Shown here: piece after piece, positions 54,082-64,000 of the stretch | Numbering within the stretch: the first letter of the stretch is position 1 | How the letters are laid out: each line of letters begins with the position of its first letter | Origin: the human T2T-CHM13v2.0 reference genome, Homo sapiens | NCBI RefSeq assembly: GCF_009914755.1 | Contig: NC_060938.1 | Strand: one strand, 5' to 3' | Length of the DNA stretch: 64,000 nucleotides | Translations under genes and position numbers: made by a program | Notes under the pieces: model-generated | What the model saw: only the letters and a program-made list of their open reading frames with translations | What the model was told of the DNA's origin: nothing | Databases searched by the model: none

Positions 54082-56181
54082 CCCTCCGGCTGGGCAGGCA
54101 GAGGACCTCAGCCTGTGGGGGAGGGGTTCTCAGAGTGGAGAAAAAAGAGATCTCTGTGGCTACAGGGGCAAACAGGGTCTGAGGGAGCTGCTAGAGCAAT
54201 CCCGTCCTCCCACACCCGCAATGGGACCCCCATCTGTGCTGTGACGACCCTGAGATCCCAGAGGAGGCAGGTGGAGCTGGCCGTTCATGGCTTCGAACCG
54301 CCCCCTTTGTAGACCCTTGGGCCCTTCTCACGGCCTCAGGAGCCCAGTCTCCTCCTGTGGCCCCCGCCGCCCCAGACCCTCCTGCCCAGCAAGGCTACCT
54401 CCTGAATTTTCCTTTTTCTCTTCTTCTTCCTCAAAACCCCTGTTCCTCAGGTTCCATGGGCAACTGCCATGTCATGGGCATAGTGCTCAATTGAGAATCA
54501 AGTCACCTGGGTTTAAGTCTCCACCTTCCACTGACTGCCCAGGTACTGCCCCCATCAGGGACTGCCAGCTCTATACAGTGAGGATCATGATACCCATGAC
54601 AGGATGGATGTGAAGCCCAAAAGAGATGGAATTCATAAGATGCTAAAAAGAGACAGCTATAGACCAGATACCAGTGTTACATGTTGGGTGTTATTCTCCT
54701 CATTCAGTGGGCTGTCATAGATCTAGAGAAGTGTTCTGAGAAAAACCATCAGGATATAAATCTAAGGTGTTTGGTCCTTCACAATTGTGTCATTCTTTTG
54801 GCCAAATTCACTCCCTGATGTTTGAGATGGATCAGCTCTAGATCCCACAAAGAACACTAGCCTCTGACAGAATTCTTCCGCATCTTCCAAGCCTTTATAG
54901 AAGCAGACACAAAAACAATGATGTACCTGTTCCATAGGCTTGGAGAGTCCAGCCCTCTGGCCTTGAGAGACTCAGACAGGTGCATTGCATGAAAGGTTAT
55001 TGAGACAGCTGTAACCCTCTTCTAGAGGTGGATTCAGCTGAACATCTAGTTTACAGACTCCTCCATAAATACCTGGACACAGGAGCTGTGTCCCCCAGAT
55101 CTACAGCACCACCTCAAAGGGTACATGCTTCAGGGCTTGATAGGTTTTTTTGTGTGTTTTTTTTTTTTTTTAGATGGAGTCTTGCTCTGTTGCCCAGTCT
55201 GGAGTGCAGTGATGTGATCTCAGCTCCCTATAACCTCTGCCTCCCAGTTTCAAGTGATTCTCCTGGCTCAGCCTCCACAGTAGCTGGGACTACAGGCATG
55301 TGCCACCATGTCTGGGTAATTTTTGTATTTTTAGTAGAGGCAAGGTTTTGCCATATTGGCCAGACTGGTCTCGAACTCCTGATCTCAAGTGATCTCCCTG
55401 CCTTGGCCTCCCAAAGTGCTGGGATTACAGGCATGAGCCACTGCACCCAGACTAGATTTTTAAATCTTATCCATACAAGGGTAGAGGTATCTGCTAGTTA
55501 TTTTTAGCCAATCCACCTATCTTGAACACCATTCATTTCACCAATGAATTAAATCATTTTTAATATGTATTTATTCTAGCATTCATTTATTACACTAATT
55601 AACAAATTCTCTGATGCAGACTATCAGATGGGCCTCAAGACTATGTAGCCTCTTTCAAATGCTTACTAACCACACTTGGAGTGTGTATTCCTGATTAGGA
55701 TATTTCAGATGTTAACCAGGTACCCCTGTGGTATAGATTAAAATGAACTAAAACACATACATTTCACATTCTTTCAGCAGAAGCCTTTAAAGTAAGTTCT
55801 AGAACTGACTTTGCACCAGATCCCCCGGGGGGCTCAGTGAGCGGGAGCCACTGGAAGGGAGGTCCTGAGTGTCACCATACCCACATCTCCCATGGGCCTG
55901 GCACCAAGAGCATAGAACGTGCTCCATCTTTGCTGGAGAATGTGACCCAAAAGGAGACATGCCCACACTGTAGTGTGTTCCAAACGTGGACTCATTTTTA
56001 ACTAAAGAAGTTTCTAGAAGGCCTAAGGGGAAGTACCACAACTCCTGGTTGTCTGAAAATATATCCAGAGCCAACCTTTTTGCCCTCCCAAAGGCAACAA
56101 GCACATGTAGGGCTGCCTTGCTTCAGGCCTCCCCCATTTTGCCCTGGTCCCGTGCACTGACTCAGCTCCCCTTCCCTTCAG

Positions 56182-56301
56182 GAGTCGGTGATGGAGGCAA
56201 CGAGCTTGGGATGGGTAAAGTCAAGGAGGCTGTGAGGAGGCACATACGGCACGGGGATGTCATCGCCTGCGACGTGGAGGCTGACTTTGCCGTCATTGCT
56301 G
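56182..56301 (+). CDS. DGLUCY: DGLUCY coding exon 10 ([14 protein letters not shown]...ADFAVIA); gene continues beyond the window
   Basis: cttcAG acceptor, CTG|GTGAGC donor, 120 nt, phase 1 to 1; [10 protein letters not shown] signature. No stop codon is reached. Confidence 0.94.
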
Positions 56302-57231
56302 GTGAGCACTCGGATGGCCGCCCAGTCCGGCCGGCTACCCAGGGTGAGCGACCTGGCTTGGAGCCTGACCAGGCCAGAAGCTCTTCTTCTCTGCAGTCAG
56401 TCCATAGGGCACCAGGGCAGGGAGGGGAGGTGGTGCTCAGCCTATGACCTTTCATTCAGTCATTCAACAAACATTTACAGTGTGCCAGGCAGTGTTCTGA
56501 GCACTGGGGTTATAGCTGCAATGACCCTGCTCCACAGAGCTCCCATTCTAGGACTGGGAGATAGAGAATGAGCCCTGACAAATAAACACATCAGATGATT
56601 CTAAAGAGTAATAAGAGCTTTGGGGGCGATAGTACAGGTCGCTGAGAGAGGGTGATGGGAGGGCCCCTTCAGATCAGTGGTCAGGAAGGCTTTTCTGAAG
56701 AGAGTGATCTGTGCTTTTATCTGCATGAACAGTAAGAAAACTATCTGGTAAGTGTTTGGAGGATGCGAGAAGCTTTCTACCTTTCCTTTCACCTACTTCT
56801 GCCTTGGGCTGCCCTGTGCCTCCCCACTGTTGCTCCTCTCCCGCAGGACCCACCTTTCCTGTGTCCAGGTCCGTCTAGGTGTGGCCTCCTCCTTTGACCT
56901 CACCACACATTTCAAGAAAATTGGGAGATCCCTGAAAAAGGCTCTCTCCCACTTCATGATCATAGCCTGGAAAGGAATGGAACCTCGTGGGAACCAGTGC
57001 TAGGGTGGGAAAACCTGATTCGTAATTGAGAAATGGCTGGAGGCTCAGTATGGGCAAGTATGAGAGTTTAAAACTCCAGGCGACCCAGTGGTCTGGGGGC
57101 CCTCGTGCTCTTGTGAGTTTTGCCTCTGGGCGTTCAACCAAGTTCTCACAATGGATATTAGAAAAAAATCCCCTCGTGCTTGCATCATTGGAGGGAAAAA
57201 TGAGTCATTTTCAAGTAGGCCAGGGCATTCT

Positions 57232-57345
57232 CTTCTTCTTCTTCTTCTTCTTCTTCTTCTTCTTCTTCTTCTTCTCCGTCTCCTTCTCCTCCTCCTCCTC
57301 CTCCTCCCTTTCTTCTTCTTCTTTTTTTTTTTTTTTTTTTTTTTT
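57232..57345. repeat. Compound (CTT)14-(CCT)n-(CTT)n-polyT pyrimidine tract at an Alu tail
   Basis: Directly visible. Confidence 0.93.
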
Positions 57346-57730
57346 GAGCGTGCTTTGTTGCCCAGGCTGGAGTGCAGTAGTGCCATCTTGGTCGCTGCAA
57401 CCTCCGCCTCCCGGGTTAAAGCGATTCTCCTGCCTCAGCCTCCCGAGTAGCTGGGATTACAGGTACATGCCACCACACCTGGATAATTTTTGTATTTTTA
57501 GTAGAGATAGGGTTTCACCATATTGGCCAGGCTGGTCTCGAACTCCTGCCTTCAAGTGATTTGCCCACCTTGGCCTCCCAAAGTGCTGGGATTACAGGCC
57601 TTAAATCTCCCTGGGGAAAGCGAAATACCCAACCCCACCTTTCTTCAGCCTTCCACGTGGGAGAGGGACATACCCAATTCCAGCTCCCTCTAGCAATCTG
57701 TGCCACGTAAGGGGGAGAGGACAAAACTGA

Positions 57731-58066
<336 letters not shown>

Positions 58067-58179
58067 TGACCAGAGTGGTCTCGAACTCCTGACCTCAGGT
58101 GATCCACCCACCTCAGCCTCCCAAAGTGCTGGGATTACAGGCATGAGCCACTGCGCCTGGCCCAGCTGCAGTTCCTTTT

Positions 58180-63720
<5,541 letters not shown>

Positions 63721-64000
63721 CTGGGTGCAGTGGCTCATACCTATAACCCTAACACTTTGGGAGACCAAGGCAGGAGGACCATTTGACACTAGGAATTTGA
63801 GACCAGCCTGGGCAATGTAGCGAGAACTTGTCTCTACAAAAAAATTTTAAAATATTAGCTGGGCTTAGTGGCATCTCTGTGTCTGTTTCCCAGTTTTCAA
63901 ATGGAGATAATAATAGTACTTACACCTCACAAGCTTGTTGTAAGGACTCCAGGAGCTACTCCATGTAAGGCATTTACAACAGTGCCACATGTTGTAAATA

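Noticed and set aside
57026-57559. Poly-F/S, poly-L, poly-R and poly-E ORFs
   Set aside because: Frames of the CTT/CCT/poly-T tract plus an Alu.

Overview
Human (or very close primate) genomic DNA, extremely Alu-rich. It covers most of the plus-strand DGLUCY (C14orf159, mitochondrial D-glutamate cyclase) gene: one candidate 5'UTR exon and ten coding exons. Joined by hand, the coding exons give 1564 nt in one open frame (about aa 1-521); the 3' exons lie beyond the window. The gene identity comes from my recall of the protein sequence, not from a database search. Introns hold about 70 Alus, old L1 fragments, MER4A, MER21 and LTR7 (HERV-H) LTRs, a MADE1 MITE and microsatellites. Nearly all ORF-track entries are repeat-derived artefacts. 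The most unusual structures are: (1) two separate tandem duplications (3x53 bp and 2x35 bp) that each multiply a coding-exon 5' splice site, where every extra donor leads to a premature stop; (2) several complex templated-insertion scars, including a 62-bp captured fragment between 25-bp inverted and 16-bp direct repeats, and a 312-bp duplication with reciprocal inverted snippets; (3) a GC alternative donor that would remove AGAYK; (4) a three-layer Alu/Alu/LTR7 nest whose insertion order can be read from the sequence. I found no evidence of a novel protein-coding system. Repeat boundaries and subfamily calls are by eye and approximate.
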